Source: Actinomycetota bacterium
GTDB taxonomy: Bacteria; Actinomycetota; CALGFH01
Assembly (NCBI GenBank): GCA_035535495.1
Contig: DATLQA010000272.1
Location: 15,452-79,451 of the forward strand
DNA: 64,000 nucleotides
Direction of reading: 5' to 3'
Positions 27,767-36,287 of this stretch are shown one piece after another. The position numbers were made by a program, and so were the translations under genes. Under the pieces are notes generated by a model that was not told where the DNA came from, made no database searches, and worked only from the letters and a program-made list of their open reading frames with translations. Numbering within the stretch: position 1 is the first letter of the stretch; each line of letters starts with the position of its first letter.

Positions 27767-28567
27767 ATGAAGGTCGTGCTGTTCTGCGGCGGGCTCGGCC
27801 TGCGCATCCGGGAGCACTCCGAGCACATCCCGAAGCCGATGGTCAGGATCGGCTACCGGCCGGTCCTCTGGCACGTGATGCGCTACTACGCCCACTACGG
27901 GCACAAGGACTTCGTGGTCTGCCTCGGCTACAAGGCGGACGTGGTCAAGCGCTACTTCCTCGACTACGACGAGACCCTGTCCAACGACTTCGTCCTGTCG
28001 CAGGGCGGCGGCGACCGCCGGGTCGACCTGCTCGGCAGCGACATCGACGACTGGCGCATCACCTTCCTCGACACCGGGCTGTACGCCAAGATCGGCATGC
28101 GCCTCAAGGCGGCCCAGTCGCAGCTGGAGAACGAGGACCTGTTCCTCGCCAACTACGGCGACGTGCTCACCGACGCGCCGCTGCCCTCGCTGATCGAGGA
28201 CTTCAAGAAGCGCGACGCGGTGGCGGCGTTCATCCGCGTGCCGCCCAGCTACACCTTCCACGTCGTCGGGATGAAGGACGACCACCACGTCTCCCACATC
28301 GAGGACATCAAGACGACCGGGATCTGGCTGAACGGCGGCTACTTCATCTTCCGGCCGGAGATCTTCGACTACCTGCACGAGGGCGAGGAGCTGGTGGAGG
28401 AGCCGTTCCAGCGGCTCATCCAGGAGAACCGGCTGATCTCCTACCCGCACGAGGGCTTCTGGGCGCCGATGGACACCGTGAAGGAGCGGCAGGCCCTGGA
28501 GGCGATGTGGGAGGCCGGCGAGCCGCCCTGGGCGGTCTGGCAGGCCGGCGAGCAGGTCGGGCAGTGA
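27767..28567 (+). CDS. Second glucose-1-phosphate cytidylyltransferase-like nucleotidyltransferase
   Basis: MKVVLFCGGLGLRIRE...PKPMV, LGYK, ANYGD, WLNGGYF, FWAPMDT. Confidence 0.88.
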   Translation: MKVVLFCGGLGLRIREHSEHIPKPMVRIGYRPVLWHVMRYYAHYGHKDFVVCLGYKADVVKRYFLDYDETLSNDFVLSQGGGDRRVDLLGSDIDDWRITFLDTGLYAKIGMRLKAAQSQLENEDLFLANYGDVLTDAPLPSLIEDFKKRDAVAAFIRVPPSYTFHVVGMKDDHHVSHIEDIKTTGIWLNGGYFIFRPEIFDYLHEGEELVEEPFQRLIQENRLISYPHEGFWAPMDTVKERQALEAMWEAGEPPWAVWQAGEQVGQ

Positions 28568-29214
28568 TCCAGCTGCCGTTCCCGTCAGGCCGTGACGGGG
28601 GCCTGCGGGTGCTGGCCATCGGCGCGCACTCCGACGACATCGAGATCGGCTGTGGCGGCACCGTCCTCCGGCTGGTGGAGGACGGCCTGGCCGCGAGCGT
28701 CGGCTGGGTGGTGCTGTCCGCCGCCGGCGAGCGCGCCGAGGAGGCGCAGGCGAGCGCGGCCGCGTTCCTCAAGCAGGCGCCCGAGCACGAGGTGGTGCTG
28801 CGCGACTTCCGCGACGGCTTCCTGCCGTACTCGGGCTTCCAGGTCAAGGAGTTCTTCGAGGAGCTGAAGCGCTTCGACCCCGACGTGGTGCTCACCCACC
28901 GCCGCGACGACGTGCACCAGGACCACCGGCTGGTGGGGGAGCTGACCTGGAACACCTTCAGGAACCACCTGGTGCTCGAGTACGAGATCCCCAAGTACGA
29001 AGGGGACCTCGGCCACCCGAACCTGTTCGTGACCCTGGACCGGTCCCGCTGCGAGCGCAAGATCGAGCTGCTGATGGAGGGCTTCCGCTCCCAGCGTGAC
29101 CGCCGCTGGTTCACGGAGGACACCTTCTGGTCGCTGCTGCGCCTGCGCGGCCTGGAGTCCAACTCGCCCACCACCTACGCCGAGGCCTTCCACGCCCGCA
29201 AAGTGGTGATCTAG
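28564..29214 (+). CDS. PIG-L/LmbE family deacetylase
   Basis: AIGAHSDDIEIGCGG, DVHQDH, YEIPKY, AEAF; GTGA overlap with the upstream gene. Confidence 0.9.
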   Translation: MIQLPFPSGRDGGLRVLAIGAHSDDIEIGCGGTVLRLVEDGLAASVGWVVLSAAGERAEEAQASAAAFLKQAPEHEVVLRDFRDGFLPYSGFQVKEFFEELKRFDPDVVLTHRRDDVHQDHRLVGELTWNTFRNHLVLEYEIPKYEGDLGHPNLFVTLDRSRCERKIELLMEGFRSQRDRRWFTEDTFWSLLRLRGLESNSPTTYAEAFHARKVVI

Positions 29215-29290
29215 GCCCGGTCGGCGACGATCGTCCTCCCGGACCCAATACAGTGGTGCCGACCGGATCACCAGGGCGCGGGGAGGCGGC

Positions 29291-29836
29291 ATGGCATCGA
29301 GCCGGGACGCCGGCGCGGGCACGGTGGCGTCGCTGCGCGACGCGGAGGTGGCCGATCATCCGGCGATCCGCGAGATCATCACGGCCGCGTACCGGGAGTA
29401 CGAGACGGTGCTGCCGCCCGGCGGGTTCGAGATCTACCTCGAGGACCTGCTCGACCTCGACGGCCGCGCCGAGGTCGGCAGCCTGATCGTCGCCGAGCAG
29501 GCGGGCCGGGTGGTGGGCACCGTGACCTACTACGACGACGCCTCGGTCGAACGGCTCGGCTGGCCGTCGGGCTGGGCCGGCCTGCGCGCCCTCGGGGTCG
29601 ATCCGGCCGCGCGCGGGTTCGGCATCGGTCGCCTGCTGATGCGGGAGTGCTTCGACCGGGCACGCGCGGTGGGCGCCCCCGTCCTCTGCCTGCACACGGC
29701 CGCGTTCATGACCGCCGCGGTCACCATGTACGAGGAGATGGGGTTCTGGCGCGCGCCCAAGTTCGACTTCGACCCCAAGGACTACTACCCGGTCGCCGAG
29801 TCCGTCCAGGTGATCGCCTACCGCGTCGACCTGTGA
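29291..29836 (+). CDS. GNAT family N-acetyltransferase
   Basis: LRALGVDPAARGFGIGRLLM, LHT...AVTMYEEMGF. Confidence 0.88.
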   Translation: MASSRDAGAGTVASLRDAEVADHPAIREIITAAYREYETVLPPGGFEIYLEDLLDLDGRAEVGSLIVAEQAGRVVGTVTYYDDASVERLGWPSGWAGLRALGVDPAARGFGIGRLLMRECFDRARAVGAPVLCLHTAAFMTAAVTMYEEMGFWRAPKFDFDPKDYYPVAESVQVIAYRVDL

Positions 29837-29920
29837 CCCGGCCTCGCGAAGATCCCCGGGCGGGGCGTGGCGACCTGATACGCTCGGAGAGCAGGGAAAC
29901 CGTCTGGGCAGGAGCGTGCC

Positions 29921-30358
29921 GTGTCGGAACAGACTCCTCCGCCGCAGTGGGGCCCGTCCGAAGGTGATCCGCCAGGTGGGCAGCAGCCGTACGGCCCACC
30001 GCCCGGGGCGCCGCCGCCGCTCCCTCCCGACCAGGAGCGGACCTGGGGGATGCTCGCCCATCTCTCGGCGTTCGTGGCCGCCTACGTCGCGCTCGGCTTC
30101 CTCGGACCGCTGGTGGTGATGCTGGTCTTCGGACCCCGCTCGGCGTTCGTCCGGGAGCACGCCGTCGAGGCGCTGAACTTCAACCTGACCTGGCTGATCT
30201 ACATCTTCATCGCGATCATCCTGGCGTTCGTGCTCATCGGGATCCCGATCCTGATCGCGCTCGGCATCGCCTACCTGGTGTTCGTGGTGATCGCCGCGGT
30301 CAGGGCGAACGCCGGCGAGCACTACCGCTACCCGGGCACGATCCGCTTCGTGCGGTAG
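29921..30358 (+). CDS. DUF4870-like membrane protein
   Basis: Pro-rich N-terminus, ERTWGMLAHLS, FVREHAVEALNF, YRYP. Confidence 0.8.
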   Translation: MSEQTPPPQWGPSEGDPPGGQQPYGPPPGAPPPLPPDQERTWGMLAHLSAFVAAYVALGFLGPLVVMLVFGPRSAFVREHAVEALNFNLTWLIYIFIAIILAFVLIGIPILIALGIAYLVFVVIAAVRANAGEHYRYPGTIRFVR

Positions 30359-30373
30359 CGCCGCCCCGGCTGG

Positions 30374-31330
30374 CTAGGTCGAGAACTCCCTGACCCGGCT
30401 GGGGCGGACGAACACGATCTGGTCCTCGCGCAGCTCCAGCTGCTCGGCGTCCTCACGGGAGACCTGCGCGTACAGGCGCTGGCCGTCGGAGAGCAGCAGG
30501 TGCACCCGGACCTCGAAGCCGAGGTGGACCAGGCGCTCGATCATCGCCTCCGAGGTGGTCCCGTTCGGCTCGGTGCGGAGCTCGACGTCATGGGGGCGGA
30601 GCAGGCCGTCGCCGAGCCGGGTGACCGGTCCGACGAAGCCCATCACGAAGGCGTTGGCCGGCTGCTCGTACAGCTCGCGGGGCGCGCCGACCTGCTCGAT
30701 CCGGCCGTGGTTCATGACCACGATCCGGTCGGCCACCTCCATCGCCTCCTCCTGGTCGTGGGTGACGAACACGGTGGTCACGTGCACCTCGTCGTGGAGG
30801 CGGCGGAGCCAGGCCCGCAGCTCCTTGCGGACGCGGGCGTCCAGCGCTCCGAACGGCTCGTCCAGCAGCAGCACCTGGGGCTCGACGGCGAGCGCCCTGG
30901 CGAGCGCCATGCGCTGGCGCTGCCCGCCGGAGAGCTGGGCGGGGTACCGGTCGGCCAGCCCGGGCAGCTGGACCAGCTCCATCAGCTCGTCGACCCGCCG
31001 GCGGATCTCGACCTTTCCCCGGCGCTGGACCTTGAGGCCGAAGGCGATGTTCTCCCGCACGGTCATGTGCTTGAACGCGGCGTAGTGCTGGAAGACGAAC
31101 CCGACCCCGCGGCGCTGGGGCGGCTGCCTGGTGGCGTCGCGGCCGTCGATCTCCACCGCGCCGGCGTCGGGCCGCTCCAGCCCGGCGATCACCCGCAGGA
31201 GGGTCGACTTGCCGCTGCCGCTCGGGCCGAGCAGCGCGGTGAGCGAGCCGCTGGGGATCTCGACCGAGACGTCGTCCAAGGCCTCGAAGTCGCCGAAGCG
31301 CCGCGAGACCCCCCGGATCGTGATCGACAT
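30374..31330 (-). CDS. cysA: Sulfate/thiosulfate ABC transporter ATP-binding subunit
   Basis: [36 protein letters not shown]-terminal TOBE-like domain. Confidence 0.93.
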   Translation of the reverse strand: MSITIRGVSRRFGDFEALDDVSVEIPSGSLTALLGPSGSGKSTLLRVIAGLERPDAGAVEIDGRDATRQPPQRRGVGFVFQHYAAFKHMTVRENIAFGLKVQRRGKVEIRRRVDELMELVQLPGLADRYPAQLSGGQRQRMALARALAVEPQVLLLDEPFGALDARVRKELRAWLRRLHDEVHVTTVFVTHDQEEAMEVADRIVVMNHGRIEQVGAPRELYEQPANAFVMGFVGPVTRLGDGLLRPHDVELRTEPNGTTSEAMIERLVHLGFEVRVHLLLSDGQRLYAQVSREDAEQLELREDQIVFVRPSRVREFST

Positions 31331-32206
31331 CTAGCTACTCCCCTTCTGGTTGAGCCTGGTCATGACGAGCAGGATCAGCAGCGCGAGGGCGGCCAGGACC
31401 AGCGCGGCCGCGTACGCGCCCACCAGGTCGAACGCTTCGTACCGGTTCTCCACGTACAGGGTCATCGTCTCGGTCTGGCCCGCCAGCCGGCCGGAGACGA
31501 TGGTGACCGCGCCGAACTCGCCGAGCGCCCTGGCGGTGGTCAGCACCACCCCGTAGGCGACCCCCCAGCGGATCGAGGGGAGGGTGACCTGGAGGAACGA
31601 CCGCAGCGCCGACGCCCCCAGCGTCCAGGCGGCCTCCTCCTGCTCGGTGCCGACCTCCCGCAGCACCGGGACGACCTCCCTGACCACGTAGGGCAGGGAG
31701 ACGAACACGGTGGCGACCACCATGCCGGGCAGCGAGAAGATCACCTGCACCCCCCGCTCGGCGAGCCAGCCCCCCAGCCAGCCGGCCTGCCCGTAGACCA
31801 GCACCAGGGCGAGCCCGATCACCACCGGGGAGATCGCGAAGGGCAGGTCGATGACCGCGTTGAGCAGGCGCTTGCCCGGGAAGCGGTGGCGGACGAGGAC
31901 CACCGCGCAGCCCACCCCGAACAGCGTGTTCAGCGGCACCGCGATCGCCGCGATCAGGACGGTCAACCAGAAGGCATGGAGCGCGTCGGGGGTGGTGACC
32001 GCCTGCCAGACCGGCACGACGCCGTCACCGAACGCGCGCCACACCACCGCGCCGACCGGCAGGACCAGCACCATGGCCAGGTACCCGAGCGCGACGCCGC
32101 GCAGCAGCAGGCGGGCGGGGCGTGGCGGCGCCGTGGGCGCGTCCAGCCGCGGCGGGCCGGTCGGCCGCTCGGTGGCGGGACCGGCGGTGGCCAGATCAGT
32201 GGTCAT
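31331..32206 (-). CDS. cysW: Sulfate ABC transporter permease
   Basis: DLPFAISPVVIG, EQEEAAWTLGAS, ARALGEFGAV. Confidence 0.92.
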   Translation of the reverse strand: MTTDLATAGPATERPTGPPRLDAPTAPPRPARLLLRGVALGYLAMVLVLPVGAVVWRAFGDGVVPVWQAVTTPDALHAFWLTVLIAAIAVPLNTLFGVGCAVVLVRHRFPGKRLLNAVIDLPFAISPVVIGLALVLVYGQAGWLGGWLAERGVQVIFSLPGMVVATVFVSLPYVVREVVPVLREVGTEQEEAAWTLGASALRSFLQVTLPSIRWGVAYGVVLTTARALGEFGAVTIVSGRLAGQTETMTLYVENRYEAFDLVGAYAAALVLAALALLILLVMTRLNQKGSS

Positions 32207-32996
32207 GGCGGGTTCCGCGCCGCTGGATCAGGTCGAGGGCGGCGAGCACCACCACCGAGAGGGCGAGCAGCACCACCGAGACGGCCGCCGCGCCGGCGAC
32301 GTCGTCGTTCTCGACCAGGGTGAACACGTGCACCGAGGCGACCTCGGTGCGGTAGGGGATGTTGCCGCTCAGGATCACCACCGAGCCGAACTCGCCGATC
32401 GCCCTGGCGAACGCGAGGGCGCCGCCGGCGAGCATGGCCGGGGCGATGGTCGGCAGCAGCACCCTGCGGAAGGTGGTGAGCGCGCCGGCGCCGAGGGAGC
32501 GGGCCGCCTCCTCCATGTCCGGTTCGATGGTCAGCAGCACCGGCTGCACCGCCCTGACCACGAACGGCAGGGTGACGAACAGCAACGCCAGGCAGACCCC
32601 TGGCTGGGTGTAGGCGAGGTTCACGCCGAACGGGCCGGACTCGCCGTAGAGGGCGAGCAGGGTGATGCCGGCCACGATCGTCGGTAGCGCGAACGGCAGG
32701 TCGATCAGGGCGTTGACGACCCGCTTGCCGGGGAACTGGTCGCGCACCAGCACCCACGCGATCAAGGTGCCGACCACCACGTTGACGACCACCACCACCA
32801 CGGCGACCGCGAAGGTGAGCCGGAGCGCGGCCAGCGCCTGCGGGGTGGTCGCCGCCTGCCAGAAGGAGGCGGCACCGTCCCTGGACGAGCGCCACACCAC
32901 CGCGGTCAGCGGGAGCAGCACGATCAAGCTCAGGTACAGGGTGACGGTGCCGCGTAGCAGCGCGGCCCCACCCCGGGTGGCGCTCCTAGCTGCCAA
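32196..32996 (-). CDS. cysT: Sulfate ABC transporter permease
   Basis: IDLPFALPTIVAG, RAVQPVL, EEAARSLGA, ARAIGEFGS; TTG start. Confidence 0.92.
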   Translation of the reverse strand: MAARSATRGGAALLRGTVTLYLSLIVLLPLTAVVWRSSRDGAASFWQAATTPQALAALRLTFAVAVVVVVVNVVVGTLIAWVLVRDQFPGKRVVNALIDLPFALPTIVAGITLLALYGESGPFGVNLAYTQPGVCLALLFVTLPFVVRAVQPVLLTIEPDMEEAARSLGAGALTTFRRVLLPTIAPAMLAGGALAFARAIGEFGSVVILSGNIPYRTEVASVHVFTLVENDDVAGAAAVSVVLLALSVVVLAALDLIQRRGTRHDH

Positions 32997-33981
32997 CCGA
33001 GACGCCCACCTTGCGCTCGATGTCGACCAGGATGCCGGCCTTCTTGTCGAAGAACCGCTTGGTCACCTCGTCCCAGCCGCCGACGTCCTGGATGGTGAAC
33101 AGCCCGGGCGGCTTGGGGAAGTCCGCGGCGACCTGCTGGTTCACCGGCCGGTAGCCCTTCTGGGCGAAGATCTCCTGGCCCACCGGCGAGCGGACGAAGT
33201 CGACGAACGCCTTGGCCGCCTCCGGGTTCCCGCTCTTGGTCGCCACCGCGATCGGGTTCTCGATCAGGATCGTCTGGTCGGGGACGACGTAGTCGATCGC
33301 CTGGTGCTTCTGCTGGGCGTTGATGGCCTCGTTCTCGTAGGCGATCATCACGTCGCCCTTGCCGCCGACGAAGGTCTGGATCGCCTCGCGGGCCGACTTG
33401 TCCTGCACCGGCACGTTCTGGAACAGGCGCTGCAGGTAGTCGACCGCCTGCTGCTGGGTGCGGCCCTGCTCGATCTGGGCGCCGTAGGCGGCCATGACGT
33501 TCCAGCGCGCCCCGCCCGAGGTGAACGGGTTCGGGGTGATCACCTCGACGCCCGGCCTGACCAGGTCATCCCAGCTACGGATCTGCTTCGGGTTGCCCTT
33601 GCGGGTGACCAGCACCACCACCGAGTCGGTGACCATGCCCTTGTGCTGGCCGGCGTCCCAGTCCCTGGCGACCATGCCGGCGTCGGCCAGCCTGTCCATG
33701 TCGGGCGCGAGCGACAGCGCCACCACGTCCGCCGCCAGCCCGTTGGCGACCGCCCGGCTCTGGTCGCCCGAGGCACCGTAGGACTTGGAGAAGGTGATGC
33801 CCTTGCCCGCCTCGGTCTTCTGGAACGCGGGGATGAGCGCCTCGTAGGCCTCCCGCGGAGTCGAGTAGGCGACCAGGGTGAGCCGCCTGCTCCCGCCCCC
33901 GCCGCCGGAGGCGCCGCAGCCCGCCGTGAGCAGCGCGAGCGCCACCACCAGGACCAGACCGAGCCGTGTCCGTCGCCGCAT
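32986..33981 (-). CDS. sbp: Sulfate-binding lipoprotein of ABC transporter
   Basis: Lipobox TAGC, SYGASGDQSR, PNPFTSGGARWN, YENEA, ILIENP. Confidence 0.92.
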   Translation of the reverse strand: MRRRTRLGLVLVVALALLTAGCGASGGGGGSRRLTLVAYSTPREAYEALIPAFQKTEAGKGITFSKSYGASGDQSRAVANGLAADVVALSLAPDMDRLADAGMVARDWDAGQHKGMVTDSVVVLVTRKGNPKQIRSWDDLVRPGVEVITPNPFTSGGARWNVMAAYGAQIEQGRTQQQAVDYLQRLFQNVPVQDKSAREAIQTFVGGKGDVMIAYENEAINAQQKHQAIDYVVPDQTILIENPIAVATKSGNPEAAKAFVDFVRSPVGQEIFAQKGYRPVNQQVAADFPKPPGLFTIQDVGGWDEVTKRFFDKKAGILVDIERKVGVSVGS

Positions 33982-34188
33982 GCCGGCCCCCCCATCCACT
34001 TTTTCTATCTGCTTACTGGACAATGGCGGGACAATGATACGCAGGGGGTGCAAGTCGGGACTCATGTGGGTGAACGGGTGCAGCTACGTCGCTTGCCGGC
34101 CCGGAGCCGCCCGCCATGCCGGCCTGCCTGGTCGGTCCCGGCTCGGCGCGGTTCCCTCGCCGGCCACGGTTCGGAGAGAATGCGTCCC

Positions 34189-34644
34189 ATGCGTGTCTCA
34201 GCGAAGGCGGACTACGCCGTCCGCGCGGCGGTGGAGCTCGCCGCGGCCGGCCAGGGACCGGTCAAGGGCGACCGGATCGCCGAGGCCCAGGGCATCCCGC
34301 TCAAGTTCCTCGAGAACATCCTGGCCGAGCTCCGCCACGCCGGTCTGGTGCAGAGCCAGCGGGGCGCCGAGGGCGGCTACTGGCTGGCGCGGCCCGCCGA
34401 CCAGGTCACCGTCGCCGACATCATCCGGGTGGTGGACGGGCCGCTCGCCAACGTCCGCGGCGCCCGCCCCGAATCGATCCACTACCAGGGGCCCGCCAGC
34501 CACCTGCTCGACGTCTGGATCGCCGTCCGGGTCAGCCTCCGCAGCGTGCTGGAGCGGGTCACCCTCGCCGACCTGGTCGCCGGCACCCTGCCCAGCTCGG
34601 TCCGCGAGCTCACCGACGCCCCCGACGCGTGGGTGAGCAGGTAG
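34189..34644 (+). CDS. Rrf2 family transcriptional regulator (cysteine-free, CymR-like)
   Basis: ADYAVRA, FLENIL, SQRGAEGGYWLARP; no Cys ligands; divergent from the sulfate importer. Confidence 0.9.
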   Translation: MRVSAKADYAVRAAVELAAAGQGPVKGDRIAEAQGIPLKFLENILAELRHAGLVQSQRGAEGGYWLARPADQVTVADIIRVVDGPLANVRGARPESIHYQGPASHLLDVWIAVRVSLRSVLERVTLADLVAGTLPSSVRELTDAPDAWVSR

Positions 34645-34652
34645 GTTGATTG

Positions 34653-34716
34653 ATTCGGGGGGAGCCCGAGAACAGCTCCCCCCCGAACCCCCCCATCGGG
34701 GACCTAGGCGGGATCC
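34653..34716. repeat. REP-like palindromic repeat, family 1, copy 1
   Basis: ATTCGGGGGGAGC-CCGAGAACA-GCTCCCCCCCGAA followed by CCCCCCCATCGGGGACCTAGGCGGGATCC; near-identical copy at 44696-44759. Confidence 0.88.
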
Positions 34717-34722
34717 TCTAGG

Positions 34723-35541
34723 TCAGTTCTTCGCCGGGATCCCTACGGCGACTGGCCGCAGGCGGTGGGCGTCGTCGAACAGGGCCCGCTCCGCCACCCG
34801 CGCGCTGGTCAGGCTGGCGAGCGCGGCCGCCGCCAGGAGCATGTACATGACCACGATCTGGTAGCGGATCGCGGTCAGCGGGTCGACCCCGGCGAGGATC
34901 AGGCCGGTCATCGCGCCGGGCAGGCTGATCAGCCCGACGACCTTGGTGTTGTCGATCGACGGCAGCAGCGCGGTACGCAGGGCGCCGCGGGTGTGCGGGG
35001 CGAACGCCTGGCGGGCCGGGAGGCCGAGGCTGAGCCGCGCCTCGATCGCCGGGCGGGCGGTCTCGGCGGCGTCGCGCAGCCGCAGCAGCGCCAGCCCGCT
35101 CGCCTGCATGGCGCCGCTGACGATCATCCCGCCGACCGGGATGACCACGCGGGGCTGGCTCGGGATCACGCCGAACGCGAGCAGCGCGCCGAGCGTCGCC
35201 GCGGCACCGGCGGCCACACCGGCGGTGGCGGCGACCCGCGCGCTCGGCAGGCCGCGGCCGCGCCTGCCGGCGACCTGCCCGGCGACCAGGATCATCAGCG
35301 CCACCCACCCGAACGCGCCCGCGAGACCGCCGTGGCCGAACACCACCAGCAGCACCGCGCCGACGGCGACCAGCTGCGCCGCGGCCCTGGCCGCGGCGAT
35401 GACCAACTCCCGGCCGAGGCCGAGCTGGGCGCGGGCGGTCACCGCGACCGCCACCGCCACCAGCGCGACCGAGGCGGCGACGCCACCCCAGCTCGGCACC
35501 TCCACCCCGGCGACCGCGGTCGCCGCGACGGCACCGTTCAT
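34723..35541 (-). CDS. ABC transporter permease, UPF0014/FetB (YbbM)-like
   Basis: RAAAQLVAVG, IPVGGMIV, IEARLSLG, SLPGAMTGLILAG, AIRYQIVV. Confidence 0.87.
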   Translation of the reverse strand: MNGAVAATAVAGVEVPSWGGVAASVALVAVAVAVTARAQLGLGRELVIAAARAAAQLVAVGAVLLVVFGHGGLAGAFGWVALMILVAGQVAGRRGRGLPSARVAATAGVAAGAAATLGALLAFGVIPSQPRVVIPVGGMIVSGAMQASGLALLRLRDAAETARPAIEARLSLGLPARQAFAPHTRGALRTALLPSIDNTKVVGLISLPGAMTGLILAGVDPLTAIRYQIVVMYMLLAAAALASLTSARVAERALFDDAHRLRPVAVGIPAKN

Positions 35542-36251
35542 GTCCGCACCTCCACATCCAGGTGTCCCAACGCGGCCGGTGGGCCCTCCTCGACCAGCCG
35601 GCCGGCGCGGAGCGCCAGCACGTGGCCGGCGAGCCGGCGCACCTGGGCGGGGTCGTGACTGACCATCACCACCGTGTGCCCGCTGGCGAGCAGCTGGCCG
35701 AGGGCGCGCTCGATCGCGGCCGCGCTGGCCGGGTCGAGCGCGGCGGTGGGCTCGTCCAGCGCCAGCACCTCCGGCTCGCAGGCGAGCTGACGGGCGAGGC
35801 AGACCCGCTGCGCCTCACCGCCGGAGAGCACTGCCGTCCTCCGCTCCCCGAAACGCTCGGGCAGCCCGGCCACGGCCAGCAGGCTGCTGGCCTGCTCGGC
35901 GGTGAGGTCGGGCCGGCCGACGCGCAGTTCGTCGAGCACCCGCTCGCCGAGCAGCACGGGCTGCTGGGCGACCAGCCCGACGCGGCGGCGCAGCGCCAGC
36001 ACGTCCCACTCGGGCAACGGCCGCCCGTCAAGGAGCAGCCGGCCGGTGGTCGGCTCGGTCAGCCGGTTCAGCAGCCGCAGCAGGGTGGACTTGCCGGCGC
36101 CACTCGGCCCGACGACGGCGGTGAGGCGGCCGGCGGGGATGGTGGCGCTGACGCCGTCGAGCAGCCGCACCCCGCCGTGCACCACGCCGACCCGGTCGAG
36201 GACGAAGAGCGGCGCCCCCTGCCTCAGGTCAAGGAGCCGCACCGCCGCCAC
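35538..36251 (-). CDS. ABC transporter ATP-binding protein (FetA-like partner)
   Basis: [26 protein letters not shown]; ATGA overlap with the permease. Confidence 0.88.
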   Translation of the reverse strand: MAAVRLLDLRQGAPLFVLDRVGVVHGGVRLLDGVSATIPAGRLTAVVGPSGAGKSTLLRLLNRLTEPTTGRLLLDGRPLPEWDVLALRRRVGLVAQQPVLLGERVLDELRVGRPDLTAEQASSLLAVAGLPERFGERRTAVLSGGEAQRVCLARQLACEPEVLALDEPTAALDPASAAAIERALGQLLASGHTVVMVSHDPAQVRRLAGHVLALRAGRLVEEGPPAALGHLDVEVRT

Positions 36252-36252
36252 G

Positions 36253-36287
36253 CCTTCTCAGTCACCCTGCCTGCGGGGCAGTCTTAC
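36253..36287 (-). repeat. Dispersed repeat family 2 fragment (ACTGCCCCGCAGG motif)
   Basis: Minus strand TAAGACTGCCCCGCAGGCAGGGTGACTGAGAAGGC matches 58072-58106 with one mismatch. Confidence 0.88.
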
